Shown here: one piece after another, positions 8,100-16,231 of the stretch
How positions within the stretch are numbered: position 1 is the first letter of the stretch
Layout: each line of letters begins with the position of its first letter
Source of the DNA: Cyanobacteriota bacterium
GTDB lineage: Bacteria; Cyanobacteriota; Cyanobacteriia; PCC-6307; Cyanobiaceae
Length of the DNA: 64,000 bases
Assembly: GCA_046052125.1 (NCBI GenBank)
Contig: JBJOMY010000001.1
Span: 726,431-790,430, forward strand
Reading direction: 5' to 3'
Notes under the pieces: generated by a model
What the model was told of the DNA's origin: nothing
The model's database searches: none
What the model saw: the letters and a program-made list of their open reading frames with translations, nothing else
Translations under genes and position numbers: made by a program

Positions 8100-8809
8100 G
8101 GCATGTGGGGCGCTGCGATTTGTAGTCGGGCCTCCGTTCCGTCGGGGCCTAGGCAGCAAGGCAGATGCCCTGTCTTCACCCAGATCGTGCAACCCGGTTC
8201 ACTGCAAGGTCGATGCACACTGCCCGGTGGATTGCGCAGCCAGCTGCCAGCGGGATAGGTGCCGTGCTCGTCCTGGAACACACCAGACAACACATAAATC
8301 TCCTCGCCGCTTGGATGGCTGTGGGGCTGAAACACCGTGCCAGGCGCCCAGCGCACCAGCGCCACGTGCTCCGAGCCGTAGCCGTGTAGGGGCATGACCT
8401 CGAGCCCATTCACAAGCCCAGGAACCCAAACACCGGAGCTGGTATCGATCACCAGCCGCTGCTGATCTCCCGGGTGCATCTGATACAGCTTCACCAGAAT
8501 CGTGCAGCCAGCCTTGCTGAACGGGGTATGGCTCGATCCCACCGGATTACGCAGGTAGCTGCCGGCGGGGTAGTCCCCGTGCTCATCCGAGAACGTGCCC
8601 TCGAGAACAAGGATTTCTTCTCCACCGGGATGGCCATGGGGCTCGAAGTGACTGCCGGGGGCGTAGCGCACGATTGAGGTGGCACGGGCCACCTCTTCCC
8701 CGCGGCGATCCAGAAGGCGGCGTTCCACGCCAGCCATTGGTGAGGGCTGCCAGGCCAAAGCATGGGTGTCGAGCACCACGCGTTCGCTGAGGTCGGCATG
8801 CAGGTCCAT
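8096..8809 (-). CDS. ChrR-like double cupin protein (anti-ECF-sigma factor-like)
   Basis: MDLHADLSERVVLDT..., ARATSIVRYAPGS.F..H.H.GGEEILVLEGTFSDEHGDYPAGSYLRNP, with the motif repeated in the C-terminal half. Confidence 0.88.
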   Translation of the reverse strand: MDLHADLSERVVLDTHALAWQPSPMAGVERRLLDRRGEEVARATSIVRYAPGSHFEPHGHPGGEEILVLEGTFSDEHGDYPAGSYLRNPVGSSHTPFSKAGCTILVKLYQMHPGDQQRLVIDTSSGVWVPGLVNGLEVMPLHGYGSEHVALVRWAPGTVFQPHSHPSGEEIYVLSGVFQDEHGTYPAGSWLRNPPGSVHRPCSEPGCTIWVKTGHLPCCLGPDGTEARLQIAAPHMP

Positions 8810-8823
8810 TCAGCTGATTCTGA

Positions 8824-9102
8824 TCAGCTCACTTCCGGCGCCCAGCCCCGTTGGCGGACCATGTCATCCGTCCAGCCCTGACAGCGCCTGACCAGATGCT
8901 CACCCTGGGCAATCAGTCCGTGGTGAAGCTGGCAGGTGAGCAAAGGGATGCAGTCAGCACCGGGGTGGTACCTGAACCAATGGCAGGTCATGCAGACCTT
9001 GCGGCTGCGACTGGGACGCAGCACGTCCTCATCCAGATAGGGCCAGGCTTCGCAGTCGCTGCCTGCAGCCACTGAGGTGGCCCGGATTCGAGAAGCAGTC
9101 AT
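8824..9102 (-). CDS. Small Cys/His-rich picocyanobacterial protein (CMTC...CQLH...C, C-terminal GWAPE)
   Basis: 92-aa ORF from ATG 9102 with an AGGGG SD. The CxxC plus C/H residues suggest metal binding. Confidence 0.7.
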   Translation of the reverse strand: MTASRIRATSVAAGSDCEAWPYLDEDVLRPSRSRKVCMTCHWFRYHPGADCIPLLTCQLHHGLIAQGEHLVRRCQGWTDDMVRQRGWAPEVS

Positions 9103-9115
9103 CAACCCCTCTATG

Positions 9116-9130
9116 CATACACTTGTACTA
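9116..9130. promoter_or_regulatory. Candidate LexA (SOS) box
   Basis: CATACACTTGTACTA has a perfect TGTACT half and a degenerate other half relative to the cyanobacterial AGTAC-N4-GTACT consensus. It lies about 14 nt upstream of the 9102 start. Confidence 0.5.
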
Positions 9131-9191
9131 GCAGGGATTGGCTGGGTTGGCGCGGGTCGTGCTGATCGGTTCCGGATTCCTCCAACAAAGG

Positions 9192-9223
9192 AGCCCCGGG
9201 CCATGGGCGCCCGGGGCTTTTTG
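9192..9223 (+). terminator. Rho-independent terminator
   Basis: AGCCCCGGGC-N7-GCCCGGGGCT followed by TTTT. Confidence 0.75.
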
Positions 9224-9294
9224 AGCCAGTGGGTTGTTGGTCTCCCACCGCCTCTTGGTCATGGCTCAGGTCTGCGGCGGAGCGCAAGGCCTGT

Positions 9295-9309
9295 CGGAAC
9301 TCTTTGGGG
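9295..9309 (+). promoter_or_regulatory. Motif A copy 3 (CGGAACTCTTTGGGG)
   Basis: Matches the copies at 3608 and 4287; followed by TTGTTCAAC at 9326. Confidence 0.55.
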
Positions 9310-9325
9310 CCTTTCCCCATGTCCT

Positions 9326-9649
9326 TTGTTCAACTCTTTTCCGCGCTTCTTCTCCTGGCTGCGCTCGTTGCTGCAGCGACCTCAGACCTGCTCCAGCAGC
9401 GAGCTCGGGCCCTTTGAGCTCGACCACGCCTTTGCTGCCTTTGAGCAGGGTGATTGGTTGGCAGAACTGGACCTCCTGCAACTGGGTGTTGCCCTGCAGC
9501 GCGGCGCCATCGCCCGCGGCGGCTACGACGGCCGCTCCTTTGACCTGATGGTCGCCATCGCCGATGTCCTGCAAAGCGATCACGGCTGGAGCTTTGAGCA
9601 GTCCGATGCCTGGCTCGAGCGCATGGGGCTCTGGGAGGAGGAGTTCTGA
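9326..9649 (+). CDS. Hypothetical acidic protein (~107 aa, TTG start)
   Basis: The frame from TTG 9326 (FNSFPRFFSWLRSLL...LERMGLWEEEF) has strong GC3 bias. The start is uncertain. Confidence 0.6.
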   Translation: MFNSFPRFFSWLRSLLQRPQTCSSSELGPFELDHAFAAFEQGDWLAELDLLQLGVALQRGAIARGGYDGRSFDLMVAIADVLQSDHGWSFEQSDAWLERMGLWEEEF

Positions 9650-9719
9650 GGGTTCAGGCCACCGCCGGTAGCCTCCCTCGCGGCCAAGTCCGGTCGCAGC
9701 GTCGTCTGCCTGGCTGCCG

Positions 9720-9917
9720 ATGAGTGAACACCTCTGGCTGACCACTGCCGAGCTCTGCTCCCATCTGGCTATCAGCCGCTCCACGCTGTTTGCCATTCGC
9801 CGCTCGGGCCTGCTCAAGGACGGGCGGCATCTGGTGGCCAAGAACCCAACCAGCGCTCGCTCGCACCTGCTCTGGCACCGTCAGCGCTGTGAGTTGGCCC
9901 TCGGGAGGATCAGCTGA
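9720..9917 (+). CDS. Excisionase/AlpA-MerR-like HTH protein 1
   Basis: WLTTAELCSHLAISRSTL...RR.G.LK.GRH is a small basic winged-HTH next to the integrase. Confidence 0.78.
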   Translation: MSEHLWLTTAELCSHLAISRSTLFAIRRSGLLKDGRHLVAKNPTSARSHLLWHRQRCELALGRIS

Positions 9918-10135
9918 TGGCTTCCATCGGCAGCTCCAACAGCGCCTGGGTCACCACCAGCGAGCTCTGCGCTGCCCTTGCCATCAGCCGCTCCAAGCTC
10001 TGCCGTCTGCAACAGCGCAAGGTGTTCCGCCAAGGGCTGCACTGGGTGCGCAAAAACCCAACCGCGGCACGTTCCGATCAGCTCTGGAGCCTGGAGGCGT
10101 GTCGTTCACTGCTTGAGAATCAACACCGTTTCTAG
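9917..10135 (+). CDS. Excisionase/AlpA-MerR-like HTH protein 2 (paralog of 9720-9917)
   Basis: WVTTSELCAALAISRSKL...GLHWVRKNPTAARS aligns with protein 1; TGATG coupling. Confidence 0.78.
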   Translation: MASIGSSNSAWVTTSELCAALAISRSKLCRLQQRKVFRQGLHWVRKNPTAARSDQLWSLEACRSLLENQHRF

Positions 10136-10165
10136 AGGCTCCTCCTCCGCCACCAACAAGCCATC

Positions 10166-10192
10166 AAAAAAAGGGGGCCTCAGGCCCCCTTT
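10166..10192 (-). terminator. Terminator between convergent xis-like genes and integrase
   Basis: AAAAAAA-GGGGGCC-TCA-GGCCCCC-TTT, which gives a U7 tail on the minus strand. Confidence 0.85.
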
Positions 10193-10216
10193 CTGCTGTC
10201 CGCTATCCGTTCAGGG

Positions 10217-11584
10217 CTAGGCACCCGCCCCGGGTTCAGGGAGCATCCGACGCGCCAGGGAGGCCTTGGTTTGCTCCTCCGTGATCTCGCTCAGGTACGT
10301 GCGCCGGTGTACCTCCGGGCTATGGCCCATCACCGCTGCCACATCCGCGTAGTTCCAGGTTGTGGTTTCCCGAGCCCGAATCGCGTAGGCGTGGCGCAGG
10401 TCATAAGGCACGCAGCGCTCCTTGCGTTTCTGCGCTTTCTTCTTGCCCTGGGCTGGCGCTGTTTCTACCCAGGCATACAGCTTGGTCTTGAGTTCAAACT
10501 CCGCCTTGGCATCGGAGCTGCGCAACTTGTGGCAGCACACCGCGCCCAGGCGTTCGTTGTTATCGCAGCGCTTCACGAGGTCACGCTCGGGATCAAAGGG
10601 CTGGCCCTCCTCATTCACGAACTTGGGCACGTAGCGGCTGCGCAGCTGCTCGAGCCGTTGCTCCCCATTCACACCGCCCAGCTGGTAGCGCTCCACCCAT
10701 TCGGCAGGCAGCGGTAGTGCGACGCGGAAACCAGTCTTCGTGACCTTGATGTGGCGGGCCGCCACGCTGATGCTCACCATCCCCTGCTCATCGGGGAGTT
10801 CAGCGATATGCCACACCTCATGGGGCCTGAGCCCATAGGTGGCCACCATCGCGAACACCCACCCCCAGAGCGGGTCCTCGTCCATCACCTGATCCAGCCA
10901 CTCCTGAATTGCTGCGGTGCTCGGAATACGGCGCCTGGATTCACCCGCCGAAAGGAGCGCCACCTTCTTCTTATTGACCATTCCCTTGAGCTCCTCGCTC
11001 AGGCTCTCCGGTGCAATCGCCCCGTAGCCGGCCCGCCGGAGCAACGACACCACCTCCCGCTTCTGGCGGAACCCCTGGCGGTGGGTGGCCATCGGCAGCA
11101 GCGTGGCCGTTGCGTCCTCCAGCCGTGCCTTGAGGCTTTCGCTGGTATGCAACGCAAAGCGGCGCACATCCTCCTCAGTAGCCGGGCGATCCGCCGGCAG
11201 CAGACAGAAGTAGCCCTTGCCTTTGAACGGACCCACCAGGTTCATGTTCACCCCCTGGGCTCGCTGGAACGCCACCACGGCGGCGCAGATGGCAGGCCAG
11301 CAAGGGTTGTTTGCGTTGGCGGCGTCGAGGTCTTCCTGGCCGTCGGGGAGAACAGCGGGCTTGCCACTGCGGGTCGCCTCGATCAGCAGGTCCTGGAGGT
11401 TTTCGATCGCCTCTGGGTCAGCGGCTGCATAGCCCTTGATGGTGTGCTCGCGGGTTTTGCCACCCTCGCCGAGCTGGTACACCGTGATCCATGGGCTGCG
11501 GCGGTGCTCCCGCAGCCGGTATCGGGCGCCGAAGGCGCGCAGCACGGCATTACAGCGCTGCATGGGGCTCTGAATCGTGGCCAT
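10217..11584 (-). CDS. Tyrosine recombinase / phage-type integrase
   Basis: Catalytic motifs YGLRPHE (R), TKTG (K), YDLRHAYA (xxLRH) and MGHSPEVHRRTY (H, Y). Adjacent to the tRNA 3' end. Confidence 0.92.
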   Translation of the reverse strand: MATIQSPMQRCNAVLRAFGARYRLREHRRSPWITVYQLGEGGKTREHTIKGYAAADPEAIENLQDLLIEATRSGKPAVLPDGQEDLDAANANNPCWPAICAAVVAFQRAQGVNMNLVGPFKGKGYFCLLPADRPATEEDVRRFALHTSESLKARLEDATATLLPMATHRQGFRQKREVVSLLRRAGYGAIAPESLSEELKGMVNKKKVALLSAGESRRRIPSTAAIQEWLDQVMDEDPLWGWVFAMVATYGLRPHEVWHIAELPDEQGMVSISVAARHIKVTKTGFRVALPLPAEWVERYQLGGVNGEQRLEQLRSRYVPKFVNEEGQPFDPERDLVKRCDNNERLGAVCCHKLRSSDAKAEFELKTKLYAWVETAPAQGKKKAQKRKERCVPYDLRHAYAIRARETTTWNYADVAAVMGHSPEVHRRTYLSEITEEQTKASLARRMLPEPGAGA

Positions 11585-11817
11585 GGGGAACGCATCTCTG
11601 GATGGAGTGTTCCCACCGATCCGGACCCAGAACCCCAACCAATCTCACGCGGTGAGACGAGCCGGATTCCTTGGGACTTGTCCCAAGGAAATGACACAAC
11701 TACGGTTTTCGGCGATCTCCCCCGGACTCATTCCGCCCGGGGGAAACCGCCTTCTGAAACCCTGAGAACCCTTGCGTTGCAGGGTAAAACCCTTGCAGTC
11801 CAAGCGATCTCAAAACA

Positions 11818-11889
11818 TGGGTCGTCTGAGATTCGAACTCAGGACCAATCGGTTAAAAGCCGAGTGCTCTACCGCTGAGCTAACGACCC
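11818..11889 (-). tRNA. trnK: tRNA-Lys (anticodon UUU)
   Basis: Reverse complement GGGTCGTTAGCTCAGCGGTAGAGCACTCGGCTTTTAACCGATTGGTCCTGAGTTCGAATCTCAGACGACCCA folds as a full cloverleaf with a TTT anticodon and TTCGAAT T-loop. Confidence 0.97.
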
Positions 11890-12005
11890 GCCCGGTACCT
11901 GGAAATCCAAGCGCGGGGGTGGCCCTTGCGGGCACCCAGTGAACGTATCACCCAGAGGGTCCCGCCTCCAACCGCGCCGAGAATGGCTGGAGCGCACCCC
12001 CAGCC

Positions 12006-12533
12006 ATGCCTGTTACGCCCTGGCCCCAGCCTTCCGTGCACCCGGATGCCTGGGTGGCTGATTCAGCGGTGTTGATCGGCGACGTGCGCCTGGCGGCCGG
12101 GGCGAGTGTCTGGCCCACTGCAGTGGCCCGCGGCGATGTGTGCAGCATCGAGATCGGCGAGGGCAGCAACGTGCAAGACGGCGCAGTGCTCCACGGCGAC
12201 CCGGGCCAGCCGGTGCGGATCGGGGCCGACGTGACCATCGGACACCGGGCCGTGGTGCATGGCGCCACCCTGGAAGACGGCTGCCTGATCGGGATCGGGG
12301 CCGTGGTGCTCAACGGCGTCACCGTGGGGGCCGGAGCGCTGGTGGCCGCAGGAGCGGTGGTGACCAAAAACGTGGCGCCTCGCGCCCTGGTGATGGGGGC
12401 CCCGGCCCAGCTCAAGCGTGAGCTCAGCCCTGAGCAAGCCGAGGAGCAGCGGCAACACGCCCGCCGCTACCGCCAGCTGGCCATGGCCCACGCCGGCCGC
12501 TCGAGCGATCTGGGCTTCCACGCAGCCAGCTGA
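12006..12533 (+). CDS. Gamma carbonic anhydrase family protein
   Basis: Hexapeptide repeats, [12 protein letters not shown] and [10 protein letters not shown]. Confidence 0.92.
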   Translation: MPVTPWPQPSVHPDAWVADSAVLIGDVRLAAGASVWPTAVARGDVCSIEIGEGSNVQDGAVLHGDPGQPVRIGADVTIGHRAVVHGATLEDGCLIGIGAVVLNGVTVGAGALVAAGAVVTKNVAPRALVMGAPAQLKRELSPEQAEEQRQHARRYRQLAMAHAGRSSDLGFHAAS

Positions 12534-12625
12534 ATTGCTGCGAATTCAGTCGATTGCCGGCCCTAGCCGCTGCGCTTGGCGCGTGGCCCGTAGGATCAGC
12601 ACACGCTTCGACACATTTCCCAGCC

Positions 12626-12748
12626 ATGGATGCACGGCTTCTGCTTGTAGTCACCCCGGTTCTTCTGGCCGCCGGCTGGGCCGTGTTCAACATCGGCCGC
12701 GCTGCCGTGGGCCAGCTGCAGCTGATGCTCAAGCGCGCCAACGGCTGA
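12626..12748 (+). CDS. psbY: Photosystem II protein Y
   Basis: MDARLLLVVTPVLLAAGWAVFNIGRAAVGQLQ. Confidence 0.92.
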   Translation: MDARLLLVVTPVLLAAGWAVFNIGRAAVGQLQLMLKRANG

Positions 12749-12773
12749 TCGGCTTCGAGCCCGTTTGAATCCC

Positions 12774-12802
12774 AGAGCCTCCGCTGCGGCGGGGGCTTTG
12801 TT
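12774..12802 (+). terminator. Rho-independent terminator after psbY
   Basis: AGAGCCTCCGC-TGCG-GCGGGGGCTTTGTT. Confidence 0.7.
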
Positions 12803-12862
12803 GTGTCGAGCCACCAAGGGCGCCCCGTAGGGTGAAACCTCGGAGCAGATCGGGGCCCCACG

Positions 12863-14242
12863 GTGCAGACACACAGCCCAACCACCCCAAACGAGGTGCT
12901 GGTGATCGGTGCCGGCCTGGCGGGCACTGAGGCGGCCTGGCAGATCGCCGCAGCCGGCGTACCGGTGCGCCTGGTGGAGATGCGCCCCGTGCGCCGATCA
13001 CCCGCCCACCACAGCAGTGAATTTGCCGAGCTGGTGTGCAGTAACAGCTTCGGGGCGCTAAGCAGCGACCGCGCCGCGGGCCTGTTGCAGGAGGAGCTGC
13101 GCCGCCTCGGTTCCCTGGTGATCGGCACCGCCGACCGCCACGCCGTACCCGCCGGTGGCGCCCTGGCGGTGGACCGCGGCCGCTACAGCGCCGCCCTCAC
13201 CGAAGCGCTCGAGCAGCACCCGCTGGTGACGGTGGAGCGCCGCGAGCAGACCGAGCTGCCTGGCCCCGAGCAGATCACGGTGCTGGCCACCGGTCCGCTC
13301 ACCAGTGAGCCACTGGCCGATCAGCTGCGCGCCTTCACCGGCCGGGCCGATTGCCACTTCTTTGATGCCGCAAGCCCGATCGTGGAGGGCGAGAGCATCG
13401 ATCTCTCGGTGGCCTTCCGCGCCTCCCGCTACGACAAGGGCGACGCCGACTACATCAACTGCCCGATGAACAAGGAGCAGTTCCTCGCCTTCCGCGAGGC
13501 GTTGCTGGCGGCCGAGCAGGCCGAGCTCAAGGATTTCGAAAAGGAGAACGCCACCTTCTTCGAGGGCTGCCTGCCAATTGAGGAGCTCGCCCGCCGCGGC
13601 GAAGACACGATGCGCTACGGCCCGCTCAAGCCGATCGGCCTCTGGGATCCCCGCTGGGGCGATGTGAACGACCGCGACGTGCGCCGCGCCAACCGCGCCT
13701 ATGCCGTGGTGCAACTGCGCCAGGAAGACAAGGACGGCCGTCTCTGGAACCTGGTGGGCTTCCAGACCAACCTCAAATGGGGGGAGCAGAAGCGCGTGCT
13801 GCGGATGATCCCAGGGCTGGAGAACGCCGAGTTCGTGCGCTTCGGGGTGATGCACCGCAACACCTTCCTGGAGGCCCCGCAGCTGCTCGATCCCACCCTG
13901 CAGTTCCGCCAGAGGCCCTCCCTGCTCGCCGCCGGCCAGATCACCGGTACCGAGGGCTACGCGGCGGCGGTGGCTGGCGGCTGGCTGGCTGGCACCAACG
14001 CCGCCAGGCTGGCCCTCGGCCATGAACCGCTGCAGCTGCCCGCCACCTCAATGATCGGCGCTCTCACCCACTTCATCGCCGAAGCCCCGAGCGAGAAGTT
14101 TCAGCCGATGCCGCCGAACTTCGGCCTTTTGCCCGAACTGCCCGAGCGGATCCGCGACAAGCGCCGCCGCTACGGGGCTTACCGCGATCGGGCCTTGGAG
14201 GATCTGGCGCCCTTCTGCGCAGCACTGGCGGTCGCCGCCTGA
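12863..14242 (+). CDS. trmFO: tRNA (uracil-5-)-methyltransferase TrmFO (Gid)
   Basis: [40 protein letters not shown] and FQPMPPNFG. Confidence 0.96.
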   Translation: MQTHSPTTPNEVLVIGAGLAGTEAAWQIAAAGVPVRLVEMRPVRRSPAHHSSEFAELVCSNSFGALSSDRAAGLLQEELRRLGSLVIGTADRHAVPAGGALAVDRGRYSAALTEALEQHPLVTVERREQTELPGPEQITVLATGPLTSEPLADQLRAFTGRADCHFFDAASPIVEGESIDLSVAFRASRYDKGDADYINCPMNKEQFLAFREALLAAEQAELKDFEKENATFFEGCLPIEELARRGEDTMRYGPLKPIGLWDPRWGDVNDRDVRRANRAYAVVQLRQEDKDGRLWNLVGFQTNLKWGEQKRVLRMIPGLENAEFVRFGVMHRNTFLEAPQLLDPTLQFRQRPSLLAAGQITGTEGYAAAVAGGWLAGTNAARLALGHEPLQLPATSMIGALTHFIAEAPSEKFQPMPPNFGLLPELPERIRDKRRRYGAYRDRALEDLAPFCAALAVAA

Positions 14243-14278
14243 AGGCCTGGCTAGCAAGGGGGTAACAGCGGCTGCTGG

Positions 14279-15216
14279 ATGCCCCAAGCCCCACCCGGCG
14301 CCCGCCAGATCGAACGCCGCTCGCTGCAGATCGGTGTGGCCGCAAGCCTGGTGATGGCGGCGATGGGCATCAGCGTCTACGCCCTCTCCGGCTCGGAGGC
14401 GCTACTGCTCGATGGCCTCTATTCCGGCGTGGGGCGGCCTCGAGCTTCATTGCCGCCCGCATCGGAGCCAACGTGGTGCGTCCCCCGGATCGCGCCTACC
14501 CCTACGGCTACGACGGCCAGGAGGCTCTCTATGTGCTCTTACGCTCACTGGTGTTGATCGGGATCCTCAGCGTGGCGGTGATCACGGCGGGCACCACGAT
14601 CGTGAACCACCTGGGCGGCCAAGCGGTGGAGGCGGTGCAGCTGCGGCCGGTGGCGGGCTATGCCGGCTTGATGGTGGTGCTCTGCCTGGCCTTGGCCTGG
14701 CGCCACGAGCACGACTGGGAGCGCAGCGGCCGCTGCAGTGAATTGCTGCGCACCGAAGCCCACGCCGCCCGCGTCGACGGGCTGATCAGCGCGGTGGCCG
14801 GGGCGGCTCTATTGGGAGCACCGCTGCTGGAGCGCACACCCCTACGGCCGCTGGTGCCGGTGGCCGATTCGGTGCTCGTGTTGTTGCTGGCCCTGGTGGT
14901 GTTGCCCGAGCCCCTGCAGCAGTTCTGGCGGGCCCTGCGCCAGAGCGCCGGCGCCGCCTGTGATCCCGGCCTGATCGCCCGCACCCGCGATGCCGTGCAG
15001 GAGCTGCTCAGCGGCATGTCCACCTGGCTGCTCGACCTCACGGTGATGAAGGTGGGCCGCACCACGTTCGTGGTGGCCTATCTCAACCCCGCGATGCCGG
15101 TGGATGGCCCCTGGATCGATCGGTTGCGGGAGCGCATCGACGCGCGCTGCGCCGAACTCCTAGGCCCCGTGCGAACCGAAGTGATCCTCACGGGGCAGGC
15201 GCCGTTTGCGGCGTGA
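14279..15216 (+). pseudogene. Cation diffusion facilitator-like transporter, frameshifted at ~14,432
   Basis: SGSEALLLDGLYSGV in one frame continues as AASSFIAARIGANVVRPPDRAYPYGY in another. One base is missing in the G run at 14431-14434; a sequencing error is possible. Confidence 0.75.
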
Positions 15217-15380
15217 GCCGATGACAGGCCCATCTGAATGATCGGTGCCCTCACCCACTCATCGCCGAGGCCCCGAGCGCAAAATCAGCCAATGACCCCG
15301 GACTTCGGCCTGCACCCGAACTACCCAATAGCATCCACAAAAAGCGGAGAGGCTATGGGTTTCACCACAATCGGGGCCTA

Positions 15381-16148
15381 CTAGCGAGCCTCGCCTACCT
15401 TCACTGAATCCACAATCCAGCTTTGAATGCCAGTGCGCTCTAACACCTGCTCGGCATCAAAATGAGCCTTGATCCGATCCCAGTCGATGTCATGCACATC
15501 CGCAGGGGGATCGCGGTTGATTGCCTGGTACGCCCAGCTGTAGTGGGCTGTGAACATCACCGTGGGCTGATCACACCACGCAATCTGCAGACCCATCTGC
15601 TGCACGGCGGTGAACACAAAGCGATCACACACCGGACCTAAATAAGGCGGCATCATCCCCCATAGTGCTAAAGCTCGGAAGCTACGGGGATAGAAAACAA
15701 AACAGGATGTGTCCGCGTGGATGCGGAGTACATCCTCCTCAGGCACACCGGGCACTTCAGTGCCGTCCGGCAACACCACCCGGCGCCCCATCACAAGCAC
15801 ATCAGCTGTTGGCTGTCGCCGTTTGAGCTCAAAGGCGAGTGCCAGATGCTGAGGCTCAAACCAGTTGTCGGCATCGAGCATCAGAATCGGCCAGTAACCG
15901 CGGTTGATCGCTGAAATAGCTCCGAGGCAACGGGGTGTGTTGCCGTTGTCGCCATGGCGAAACGGCAAGATCAGGTGGTCGCAGTCCCAGCCATCAATCT
16001 GCGAGCGCGCTTCACCATCTGCCACCATCACGTGTCGAACCGGGACCGTCTGGCGGAGACAACTCATGTGGCAGCGCTCCAGCACCTCCAGCGACTCGCT
16101 GCAATAGGGAGTGATCACGGCAGCCCCGCGACCTGACACAACCCCCAT
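15381..16148 (-). CDS. Glycosyltransferase family 2-like protein
   Basis: AVITPY, HVMVADG, GNTPRCLG, MLDADNW (DxD) and DTSCF. GC is lower than the flanking genes. Confidence 0.75.
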   Translation of the reverse strand: MGVVSGRGAAVITPYCSESLEVLERCHMSCLRQTVPVRHVMVADGEARSQIDGWDCDHLILPFRHGDNGNTPRCLGAISAINRGYWPILMLDADNWFEPQHLALAFELKRRQPTADVLVMGRRVVLPDGTEVPGVPEEDVLRIHADTSCFVFYPRSFRALALWGMMPPYLGPVCDRFVFTAVQQMGLQIAWCDQPTVMFTAHYSWAYQAINRDPPADVHDIDWDRIKAHFDAEQVLERTGIQSWIVDSVKVGEAR

Positions 16149-16231
16149 GAGCCCCTATGCAGTGGAGCGATTGAACCACGACTTGCGAATCGCTGCCGCT
16201 TAGGGTCGCCCCAACCCACCTCCAAGCCCCG

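Larger units (their letters stand above)
1..11817. mobile_element. Integrative element / genomic island inserted at tRNA-Lys 3' end (left boundary not identified, probably outside window)
   Basis: Tyrosine integrase directly downstream of the tRNA 3' end, excisionase-like HTH genes, TA pair, phage-like genes and resistance cargo. Core genes resume right after the tRNA. No second copy of the tRNA 3' end was seen in the window. Confidence 0.8.

Noticed and set aside
9319..9417. ATG ORF (MSFVQLFSALLLL...) ending in CTT TGA, resembling the prfB +1 frameshift site into the 9416-9649 frame
   Set aside because: An in-frame TTG at 9326 opens the downstream frame directly with better GC3 bias, and there is no proper internal SD, so no frameshift is needed.
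1..11817. Second att site (duplicate of the tRNA-Lys 3' end)
   Set aside because: I did not find TGGGTCGTCTGAG or similar by eye, so the left boundary is not called.
10751..11878. 375-aa plus-strand ORF
   Set aside because: Antisense shadow of the integrase that also runs through the tRNA.
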